Below, one piece after another: positions 1 to 6,877 of a DNA stretch of 20,000 nt (within the stretch, counting starts at the first letter, position 1; each line of letters begins with the position of its first letter). The translations under genes were made by a program, and so were the position numbers. The notes below the pieces were generated by a model. That model saw nothing but the letters and a program-made list of their open reading frames with translations, did not search any database and was not told the origin of the DNA. The stretch lies in the IMG/VR virus record IMGVR_UViG_3300027842_000121; one strand, given 5' to 3'. This stretch comes from an uncultured virus (IMG/VR IMGVR_UViG_3300027842_000121). Taxonomy: Duplodnaviria; Heunggongvirae; Uroviricota; Caudoviricetes.

Positions 1-36
1 CTCATGCGCTTCGGTCAGTCGATAATGCTTCTTCAT
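1..36 (-). CDS. 5' end of a gene running off the window edge (MKKHYRLTEAHE...)
   Basis: ATG at 36-34 overlaps the TGA (35-33) of the preceding gene (ATGA coupling); the frame is open to the window edge. Confidence 0.5.
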   Translation of the reverse strand, partial: MKKHYRLTEAHE

Positions 37-386
37 CCTGTCCTCTCGCGCATCTCCTCGCCGTAAGATTCATCTTCCATCTCGGTCGCCTCGTTCTCGA
101 CGGCAAGATTGGTGATAACCAGCTCGATCCGGCAAGTGCGACCATTCTCGCCGGCATTGATCGAAACGCTGGTCACCCTCGCAAACGCGCGCAGGTCGAT
201 CATGTCGCCGACTTCGCAATCGTCGTCGAGTTCCAGCTTTTCAAGGATCTCCTGATCGAAACACAGGCACAGCCCGGAGGGATAGTCGCCGACGCAATCG
301 ATCGGATCAAAGCCCTCTGGCGGGGCAATGATTTCCTCTTTTTCCTCGCGAGTGCGCCGCATATCGACCATCGAAGACCACGCCAT
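33..386 (-). CDS. capsid staple/cement protein, epsilon15 gp10-like
   Basis: The motif order VDM...YPxGL.L..D.E.LEKL.L....VGD.I...A.A.VTSVS......IEL.IT matches my recollection of the epsilon15 gp10 family. The ATG at 386 overlaps the upstream stop, and the gene lies in the head module. Confidence 0.7.
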   Translation of the reverse strand: MAWSSMVDMRRTREEKEEIIAPPEGFDPIDCVGDYPSGLCLCFDQEILEKLELDDDCEVGDMIDLRAFARVTSVSINAGENGRTCRIELVITNLAVENEATEMEDESYGEEMRERTG

Positions 387-973
387 CAAGCCGCCTCCCG
401 CTCCGTACGGCCGCCTTCGCGCACATCCTCGCTCTCGCCGCGGCTCATCTCGCCCTCACCGGGCGTCTCGTGGCCCTCGTGCCTGGCGTGCATCTGCATG
501 CGCTCGTGCTCGTGCCTGACTCGCATCTGATGATGATCGGTGTGGTGGCGATCGTGCATCTGGTGCGTCTCGTGCTCCTGGCGCCGATGCAGATGCACCA
601 AATCCCCTTCAGCGGCCGCCTGATGCTCGCGTTCGTGGCGGTCTTCCATCTGCCGGTGCTCTTTGCGATGCCCCATATGCTGCTCGCGCCGCTCGTTCTC
701 ATGCCGGGCCGACATTTCCATACGCTCGCGCGCCTTCTCGTCACCGCCCTCATGCTCTTCGGCGCGTTCCTCGCTGGGATTGTCGTTCTTTTCGGTACGT
801 TCCTCGCGTGCCTCGCTCCCGGGATTGCCGCGCTCGCGCGCCTCACGGCGGGGCGACTCGCCCTCGCTGCGGTCGCGCCGCGAAGTCGGCCCGCTGTCGC
901 TGCGCTCGGGCTCGGAAGATCCGGGATTATCGCCGTATCGGGTACGGGCACGGTCGCGGGAACTCTCGGCCAT
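386..973 (-). CDS. His/Glu/Arg-rich protein with 11-residue repeats and an N-terminal RYG motif
   Basis: 195 aa, abutting both neighbours. Repeats of the form MxxRHExExxQ (MEDRHEREHQA, MHDRHHTDHHQ, MRVRHEHERMQ). The N-terminus reads SRDRARTRYG. Confidence 0.75.
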   Translation of the reverse strand: MAESSRDRARTRYGDNPGSSEPERSDSGPTSRRDRSEGESPRREARERGNPGSEAREERTEKNDNPSEERAEEHEGGDEKARERMEMSARHENERREQHMGHRKEHRQMEDRHEREHQAAAEGDLVHLHRRQEHETHQMHDRHHTDHHQMRVRHEHERMQMHARHEGHETPGEGEMSRGESEDVREGGRTEREAA

Positions 974-1204
974 CTATCGACCTTTCGGCTTACGAGGATT
1001 GGAATAGCGCTTCTCGGCGCGCGAGCCGCCGTGATGCATGCCTTGCAAGGTCAACGCCAGCCGCGCGCGCTTGCCGGTCGTACCGCTATCGTGCTGATGC
1101 TCGCGGGCAAATTCCATCGGGCTCTCGCCGGCACGCTTCGCCTGCGCGGTGAGACTTCCGGGATTCTTGATCGCCCCCTTGATCCATTTCTTCTTGCCCG
1201 CCAT
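974..1204 (-). CDS. small basic phage protein (KKWIKGAIKNPG...GKRARLALTL) with C-terminal SRAEKRY
   Basis: Start moved to ATG 1204, which has a GAGGAG RBS upstream. The WI..AIK.PG.L / G.RARLA.TL pattern is one I recall from phage head-region proteins. Confidence 0.7.
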   Translation of the reverse strand: MAGKKKWIKGAIKNPGSLTAQAKRAGESPMEFAREHQHDSGTTGKRARLALTLQGMHHGGSRAEKRYSNPRKPKGR

Positions 1205-1208
1205 CCCA

Positions 1209-1442
1209 TTACTCCTCGTCGCCATATCGATCAGGGACAGGGTCGCCATATCGCACCAGCCTCTTCAGTCGCGCAGCATGTTCGCGTTCGTCGGCGCGAT
1301 TGTGCTCGAACGCCTCCTTGGCCGCAGGTGACTTTGCCGCCGCAGCCCGCTTGCCGTAGTCGCGTACCGCCTTGCGCTCCTCAGCGAGCGACTTCCTGAT
1401 CATCGCCTGCGTGCCGCCGTAGCGGCGGTCAGCCGCTGCCAT
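1209..1442 (-). CDS. encapsulated-ferritin (EncFtn/Flp)-like half-ferritin
   Basis: SLAEERKAVRDY...P......HNRADEREHAA gives the EExxAxxxY...HNRxxExEH pattern of the two-helix ferritin-like family. A GGAG RBS precedes ATG 1442. Confidence 0.7.
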   Translation of the reverse strand: MAAADRRYGGTQAMIRKSLAEERKAVRDYGKRAAAAKSPAAKEAFEHNRADEREHAARLKRLVRYGDPVPDRYGDEE

Positions 1443-1617
1443 AGCGTTTCTCCGCCCGGCTCATCGCCCGAAACCTGTTGCACCAATCCTCCGGCTCGAT
1501 CCTGCCGGCGACAACCTCGCAATCGTGCGGCCGCTCGAAATGGCGGCAAATGCCACAATGGTTGGGTCCAGAGGCGGGATGCTCATAATCGACCGAGGCC
1601 TTAGTCGCCTTCGCCAT
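1429..1617 (-). CDS. HiPIP-like 4Fe-4S protein without a Tat signal
   Basis: K..V.Y...P....C-x2-C-x8-C-x12-C with C.VV.G.I.P..WC, the HiPIP signature. Start taken as ATG 1617 (MAKATK). Confidence 0.7.
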   Translation of the reverse strand: MAKATKASVDYEHPASGPNHCGICRHFERPHDCEVVAGRIEPEDWCNRFRAMSRAEKRYGSG

Positions 1618-1789
1618 ACCGCCGCGCCGATCGAGATTTGTTGGCATGCTTGTTCGCCGTGGCGATAGCTTCGCCCTCGGGAACCCGGGCGTTGATCATC
1701 GCCGTCGCCTGCTTTGCCGCCTTCCCGGCCTCGGCAGTCGAGAGCTTCTTATCATGGCGTTCTTTGTACTGGCGGGCCGTCCACGGCAT
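1601..1789 (-). CDS. small protein, possibly ChaB/DUF2188-N-like, with C-terminal SRSARRYG
   Basis: MPWT...L....KA...A.A......EG.AIA.A pattern. The start overlaps the stop of the ligase gene at 1789. Confidence 0.6.
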   Translation of the reverse strand: MPWTARQYKERHDKKLSTAEAGKAAKQATAMINARVPEGEAIATANKHANKSRSARRYGEGD

Positions 1790-1979
1790 CAGGCTTCTCC
1801 AGATCCGCCAATTCCCGCTTCAACAATGCCACATAGCGGCGCAGATGCGGGTCGAACGGGTAAACCGAAACCGCCCGATCGGCTATCTTCTCGATCTCTC
1901 CTTGTGAAAACGGCCGGCCAAAAATCCCATCGATCCGCCACTCGGCGAGGCTCGAGCTTGCCGCGAAGACGCAGCCCAT
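1752..1979 (-). CDS. possible overlapping gene, or alternative-frame C-terminal domain of the ligase
   Basis: This frame reads like real protein (GEIEKIADRAVSVYPFDPHLRRYVALLKRELADLE), whereas the ligase tail over the same bases looks like shadow-frame sequence. The start is uncertain (ATG 1979 or slightly upstream). Confidence 0.4.
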   Translation of the reverse strand: MGCVFAASSSLAEWRIDGIFGRPFSQGEIEKIADRAVSVYPFDPHLRRYVALLKRELADLEKPDAVDGPPVQRTP

Positions 1980-2958
1980 TACGAGCCAGCCGGCTCGCCA
2001 GCACCGCAAACACAAACCCCGATGCAGGGAGTTCGAGCGGAAACGAGAAGACGGCGCAGACGAGTGCTGCGGCAAGCGCACCATTTGTTGCCCCATCCGA
2101 GGCTGGCGTCACGCGTACCCATCGCCGCCATAGCATCGCGCAAATGCCGGCCGCCAGCAGCAACGGAACGGCGCCGATTTCGACCGCCGCCTGCAAAAGA
2201 TCGCTGTGCGCGTATTCCCAACGCGGATAGGTCGCGCCAAACCACCCCAAGCCATGCCCGAAAGGTGCGATCGAGAGTGCGGCAGCCTGCCAGATTTCGA
2301 TGCGGTCGAGGGCGGTAGTGAACTTTTCCGGGCCGAACAGCAGGATGCTCGCCGTCGCAAAGATCCCGGCCAGCACCGCACCTAAAAACTTTGTCATCGG
2401 CGGTGCGCGCCACACCACCAGAAGACCGACCAGAACGGCGAAAAGGGCGACGCGCGACTGGCACAACAACAGGGGGACAGACAGGACCGGAGCCAAGAAC
2501 CAGTCACGGCGCGCCGCCGCCCATAGAAACACCGGGGCGGCGGTTTCGGCCAGCACGTCGCGATTGAAAAACAATCCGGCCGGCACCGAGAATTGCGGAA
2601 TTGCCCCCCAGCCCAGCATCTGCGGCACTACCAGAGCCGCCGAAACGGCAAGACCGGCGGCAATCCAGGTCATAACCACATCAATCGAGGCAAGCTGCGC
2701 TGCCGCAAGAACAGCGAGCGCCAGGATGACGAGGTGAAAGAGCTGGTTGGCGCCCCCGAGCGGGTCGGAAGACCAAACGAGAGTTAGGCCGGCATATCCG
2801 AGAAGAGCGATCGAAGAGCAGAAAAGCGGGATGCCGACCGCGCGCGGATCAAGCCGCGACACAAGCGGGATGCCGAGCGCGAGCAAAGCCCAGCGCGGCA
2901 TCTCCGCATTGATCGTCGGCCAGAAGGCGAGCATTACGAGACATCCGAGAGCAGGCAA
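1789..2958 (-). CDS. O-antigen ligase / O-oligosaccharyltransferase family membrane protein (Wzy_C domain)
   Basis: About 10 or more hydrophobic segments, plus the motifs GLFFNRD, QSRVA, RIEIWQAA, PFGHGLGWF and YAHSDLLQAAVEIG typical of Wzy_C/WaaL/PglL. Confidence 0.8.
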   Translation of the reverse strand: MPALGCLVMLAFWPTINAEMPRWALLALGIPLVSRLDPRAVGIPLFCSSIALLGYAGLTLVWSSDPLGGANQLFHLVILALAVLAAAQLASIDVVMTWIAAGLAVSAALVVPQMLGWGAIPQFSVPAGLFFNRDVLAETAAPVFLWAAARRDWFLAPVLSVPLLLCQSRVALFAVLVGLLVVWRAPPMTKFLGAVLAGIFATASILLFGPEKFTTALDRIEIWQAAALSIAPFGHGLGWFGATYPRWEYAHSDLLQAAVEIGAVPLLLAAGICAMLWRRWVRVTPASDGATNGALAAALVCAVFSFPLELPASGFVFAVLASRLARNGLRLRGKLEPRRVADRWDFWPAVFTRRDREDSRSGGFGLPVRPASAPLCGIVEAGIGGSGEA

Positions 2959-2959
2959 C

Positions 2960-3373
2960 TCAGTGCGAGCGCCACACGCCGCCGGGCGAAACCTTGGTAC
3001 AAAGATACTCGGTCACCGCCTGCGCCGCTTGCGAAACACCCGTAGACCCCGCCGTCGTGTCGATCGTGTCGGTGCCTTGTGCATAGACCTGCACCGCGTT
3101 CGCGGCCGACGTGTCGACAACGGTAATACGGCGCGGCGCCCTCGTGCAAAGCGGCAGCGATACCGCATCCGCCGCATTCGCCGGGCTCACCGGGTTGATC
3201 GTTCCCTGCAGGATCGTAGCCGCGGCTTGGGTATGTGTCGTCGATGGCGTTGCCGGGATCTGCGTATCCAGCTGATCCGGTACCGGGCCGCCCGAAAGTG
3301 GGGGCACCTGAGCAAAGGCAGCGCCCGACAGCAGCAGGACCGAGATGGTGCCGGCAATTACTGATTTACGCAC
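2960..3373 (-). CDS. putative secreted Thr/Ala-rich protein (possible virion decoration protein)
   Basis: GTG start at 3373 gives a classic signal peptide, MRKSVIAGTISVLLLSGAAFA|Q. The mature part is beta-strand-like with two Cys. Confidence 0.65.
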   Translation of the reverse strand: MRKSVIAGTISVLLLSGAAFAQVPPLSGGPVPDQLDTQIPATPSTTHTQAAATILQGTINPVSPANAADAVSLPLCTRAPRRITVVDTSAANAVQVYAQGTDTIDTTAGSTGVSQAAQAVTEYLCTKVSPGGVWRSH

Positions 3374-3585
3374 AAGGCACCTCCGGTCGTCATCGTCAAC
3401 GGCGCCTGGCCGCCCGCTGAATAGCTCCACCCCGTACCGGAACCAACCGTAGGCGGCGTGCCGCAGCTCGTCACCACCCAAGCAGTCGTAAAGGGCGTCG
3501 TCGTTTTCTGCGACCAGCCCTCGCGCGCCAGGATCGCCAAGGCCAGCATGGCGGCCGCAATTACGACGGCGCGCGGCATCGTCAT
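3358..3585 (-). CDS. small putative secreted Thr/Gly-rich protein with a Cys pair
   Basis: Hydrophobic N-terminus (RAVVIAAAMLALAILA), followed by VVTSCG...TMTTGGALCVN. The start overlaps the upstream stop. Confidence 0.65.
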   Translation of the reverse strand: MTMPRAVVIAAAMLALAILAREGWSQKTTTPFTTAWVVTSCGTPPTVGSGTGWSYSAGGQAPLTMTTGGALCVNQ

Positions 3586-4427
3586 CAGAACTGCCCCGGC
3601 GTCTCGGGCTGTACCGTGCCCATGATCCGGTTCGGCCCGACATACCGGCCAGCCGGGCGCTCGACCACTTCAACCGACGCGTTGCGCAATGTGCGCGGCG
3701 TCCCCATGATCGGCGCCTCGACTGGCCGCCCCTGAATCTCGGCGTGTCGCGGGCGGTTCAGATAAGCCTCGTAGCTCTGCGTCGCGAGGTCAGGCGTGCC
3801 GCCGCCAATCGACTCGAGAAAGAGATCCATCGCCGCTTGAGCAGTCCGATTCAAGGGGCGCATCCCCTCGTTCGGCACACCGCGATAGGTGATCACTTCG
3901 CCGGTCGGGATCAGCACGTCGTCGATGAAAAAGCCGCCAGGTGCGGGCGTGATAATCTCGTATTGCGGCCGCTCGCCATTCTGCTCGTACTGATCGAGCA
4001 GTTCAAAAAGGTCGTTGCGCGCCTTGTTGCGCTTGGCTGCCAGCGCCGGAGGGATCGGCTTTGGACCAAACTGCGTCGGAGCCGGCATCGCATTGCTGAT
4101 CCCGGCGGCAAGTGCCGAGCCCAGGATGCGCGCAAATTCGGTGTTAGCGGAAAGCCCGCCGAGCGCCGCATCATAATCGACGCCGGGATCGGCCGGCTTG
4201 GAATAGCCGTAAGGGTTTGGCGGCAGACCGCCGTCCTGTTGTGGCGCCGCCTCGGCTTCCTGGCGCGCCGCCACCCTCTCCTTCAGACGCGCCCGCTGCT
4301 CACCAAACTTCGCGCGCCGCTCCGCCTGCCGCGCCTCGCGGCCGGCGCGCAACTTCTCCAGATGCTCCGGCGAAAGTTTCTTGCGCCTCAGCATCGGGCG
4401 CGCGGGAACCTCATGCTCTTCACTCAT
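3585..4427 (-). CDS. hypothetical phage head-region protein
   Basis: 280 aa, tightly packed downstream of the cement gene, with protein-like composition. Confidence 0.7.
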   Translation of the reverse strand: MSEEHEVPARPMLRRKKLSPEHLEKLRAGREARQAERRAKFGEQRARLKERVAARQEAEAAPQQDGGLPPNPYGYSKPADPGVDYDAALGGLSANTEFARILGSALAAGISNAMPAPTQFGPKPIPPALAAKRNKARNDLFELLDQYEQNGERPQYEIITPAPGGFFIDDVLIPTGEVITYRGVPNEGMRPLNRTAQAAMDLFLESIGGGTPDLATQSYEAYLNRPRHAEIQGRPVEAPIMGTPRTLRNASVEVVERPAGRYVGPNRIMGTVQPETPGQF

Positions 4428-4433
4428 GATGTC

Positions 4434-4991
4434 TCACGCGACGATGTAATTCGCGGCATAAGCGGCTGCCGCCCAGTCGTCGCGAGCCAAGACGATCGCC
4501 GCCGCCACCGCACCTGCCGAGAAGGTGCTGGTGCCGACGACATAATTGAGCCGGATAAAGCGCGGCATTGCCGCAAGAATGGCGCGATGCGGCCACGCAA
4601 ACCCGATTTTGCCGTATTCCGGCGCTGTCGTCGTCAAGGTCAATTGCGCCACCGTCAGCGCGTCGGTCTCGATATAGGTCGTATAGCCGGCCGCCGTGTT
4701 GCTGCCGCTATCGATCGAGCCCTGGAACTGCACCTGCATCGTGGCCCCACCCGCCGACACGAAGGATGAGGTGATCCACACGCCGACGCGGGGGATGTTG
4801 ACGCCGTCGCCAATACCGAGATCCTCGCCAAAGACGCTGGCGTTCCCGATTCGGTTCAGCGGCGCACTGCCAACGCCGGCCCCCGTCAAATCGATGACGT
4901 TGGTCGATGCGGCAGTCGAGGTGATCGCCTGCCCGGTTGCCGGCGATGCGCCGGGATTCCCCGAGAAAACGAGGTTTTGGTCCATAATCAT
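4434..4991 (-). CDS. Bbp16-family capsid cement protein
   Basis: MIMD..L.FS...QAIT.TA.STNVIDL ... F...G.AT.QV...S ... RFIRLNYVVG..TF.AG.V.A.IV, located immediately downstream of the major capsid gene. Confidence 0.8.
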   Translation of the reverse strand: MIMDQNLVFSGNPGASPATGQAITSTAASTNVIDLTGAGVGSAPLNRIGNASVFGEDLGIGDGVNIPRVGVWITSSFVSAGGATMQVQFQGSIDSGSNTAAGYTTYIETDALTVAQLTLTTTAPEYGKIGFAWPHRAILAAMPRFIRLNYVVGTSTFSAGAVAAAIVLARDDWAAAAYAANYIVA

Positions 4992-5004
4992 CGGAGATCG
5001 CCTC

Positions 5005-6054
5005 TCAGGTCACGCGGGTCTCGGTATTGAGCAAAACATCGCAAACGCGGATCGGAATGCCGCGGAAGCTGGTCACCGGCTCGCCCGCGTAGTCGCGCGG
5101 CCCGAGCAGCACGTTGCGATCACGGATGGCCTGAATGTCCATGTATTCGCGCCCGGTACGGTTGACGTAAATCGCCGGACGGATACCGGGTGCGGGCTCA
5201 TCCGGGGCATCGGTCTTGACGATGCCGGATTGGTTGCGCGCCATTTTCGGCAGGCGGACCACCGCCTTCGAGAGCAGCGCAAAGAGGTCGGGCGCATTCG
5301 AGCCGCCAAGGCCGGCAGAGGTCGTGTCGAGGTTGGCAATCCGCACGACATAACGCCAGTCGCGCACGCATAGCCCGGCCTCGTGCCGGAACCATGACGT
5401 GTAGGCTTCGAAGCGGTTGCCGCTCGAATCGTAGCCGGGAACGATATCGCCCTTGTCCTCAAAGACTATGCCGGCCTTGGACCCCTTCGGAAACAACCCG
5501 AAACAGGTTTCCTCGCCCCAGCCGATAAGCCAAAGCGAGGTATTGGAACTGCCGGTCCCGCCGCCGTCGAGGACGTTCTGCGCGTTCTGGGCGTTCGAGG
5601 ATGTGACCGTATTGAAAAGCGGGGCAAAACCGGTAAATTGCGACGGACTGACGGTCGAATTCCCGTAGAAAATCGTCGTCGCCATCTGCTGCGAGAGGCC
5701 TTCCAAAAAGGCGTTGTCCTCGCTGTAGCGGAATTTCGCGACGTTGCCCGACATCTCGGCAAGCTTGCGATCAATCTGGCTGTAAGCTTCGAGCATGCCG
5801 GTGCCGACGGTAACCTGCGCAGTCGTCGATTTGCCGTAGGGGACGCCCTGATAGAGCAATCGCCAGGTGCCGGAAGGGAGCGAGGTGCGCAGGGTCGTCT
5901 TGTGACCCGTCGGCAGGATGCCCTCGATCCAGATCATGTCGTCGTAAATTTCGTTCGCCTGAGAGAGCATCTCGGCGATGTCGTCGATCTGGCCCTGCGG
6001 GTCCATGCGCCGCGCCCAGTCGGCAAGCGTCAGGTACTGTGCGTTAGTGGGCAT
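5005..6054 (-). CDS. major capsid protein, BPP-1 Bbp17 / epsilon15 gp7 type (HK97 fold)
   Basis: 349 aa with LTLADWARRMDP, EMLSQ.NEI, RT.LP..TWR, F.E.LSQ.MA.T.FYG, GL.VRDWRYVVRIAN.D and FRGIPIR..D.LLNTE..V. Confidence 0.92.
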   Translation of the reverse strand: MPTNAQYLTLADWARRMDPQGQIDDIAEMLSQANEIYDDMIWIEGILPTGHKTTLRTSLPSGTWRLLYQGVPYGKSTTAQVTVGTGMLEAYSQIDRKLAEMSGNVAKFRYSEDNAFLEGLSQQMATTIFYGNSTVSPSQFTGFAPLFNTVTSSNAQNAQNVLDGGGTGSSNTSLWLIGWGEETCFGLFPKGSKAGIVFEDKGDIVPGYDSSGNRFEAYTSWFRHEAGLCVRDWRYVVRIANLDTTSAGLGGSNAPDLFALLSKAVVRLPKMARNQSGIVKTDAPDEPAPGIRPAIYVNRTGREYMDIQAIRDRNVLLGPRDYAGEPVTSFRGIPIRVCDVLLNTETRVT

Positions 6055-6877
6055 TGCCGTTCATTCCTTGGGTGTTGATGTAGCGGCGCTCGATACGCGA
6101 GCCGGACTGAGCGCCCGAAATCTGAGGCTGTACACCGTTGACGGGCGGCTGGACGGGGCGCGGCCTGCCTTCCGACAACGCCGCACCGATATTCGACAGA
6201 AAGCGAATGAAGGCAGGATGATCGCCCATCCCGGTATAGTTCAGGGCATCAAGCAGTTCCTGGCGCTGCTGTTGCGCGCGGGCAGGCGGCACGCCTGGAA
6301 TACTGGCAAAACGATCGCGTACCGCAGCGCACAACCGCAAGGTCGTGTCGCGCCGGTTGCCGCCGATGTCGGGATCACTCTCGAAATTCTCGCGCCAGTT
6401 CTCGCGAGTGCGATCGAACGCCTGCTGCTGATGCTGCGTCATGCGCTCGCGCAGCTCGGTCAGGTTGGCGATGTAAAGATCGAGCAGCGCCTGGCCGCGC
6501 TCCTGCGGCGTCATCTCGGGATTGCCGAGAATGCCGGTAAAGGATTCCATCCCGGCGGCGTCAATTTCGACACCATTGGGTAGAGTAAACGGCTCAAATG
6601 CGATCGGAGCAGGAGCTGGGGCCTCTCCCGCGTCGCCGCTTTCAGGCGCTGCCTCACTGACCAGCGATGGCTTTGGCCCCTCGACTGCGGGCGCCTCGGT
6701 AGCCGCCGCTTCTACCGGGGCCTCGGCCGCAACAGGCGCCGCCGGTTCGGCTGGCGTCGGCTCAACCACCGCTACAGGAGGTGGAGCTGCAGGAGCCGGC
6801 GCCGTCACCTCCGCCGGAGCCGACGCAGGCGGAGGAGCCTCGGCGGCAACCGTTACCGGGGCCGTTTCTTCAGCCAT
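6044..6877 (-). CDS. capsid scaffolding protein
   Basis: Ala/Pro/Glu-rich disordered N-terminus, then F.LP.G.E.D, a helical core (W......DPDIGG) and LN.TGMGDHP..IRF...IG..L.EG. It lies immediately upstream of the capsid gene. Confidence 0.8.
   Translation of the reverse strand: MAEETAPVTVAAEAPPPASAPAEVTAPAPAAPPPVAVVEPTPAEPAAPVAAEAPVEAAATEAPAVEGPKPSLVSEAAPESGDAGEAPAPAPIAFEPFTLPNGVEIDAAGMESFTGILGNPEMTPQERGQALLDLYIANLTELRERMTQHQQQAFDRTRENWRENFESDPDIGGNRRDTTLRLCAAVRDRFASIPGVPPARAQQQRQELLDALNYTGMGDHPAFIRFLSNIGAALSEGRPRPVQPPVNGVQPQISGAQSGSRIERRYINTQGMNGNAH

Noticed and set aside
470..1399. 309-aa hydrophobic plus-strand ORF resembling a membrane protein
   Set aside because: Antisense of Glu/His/Lys/Arg codons gives Leu/Val/Met. 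The minus-strand genes are coupled and carry recognisable motifs.
5005..6054. Interpreting the capsid gene as a bacterial encapsulin because of the ferritin-like gene
   Set aside because: Portal, scaffold, both terminase subunits and cement genes are present, so it is a phage head module.
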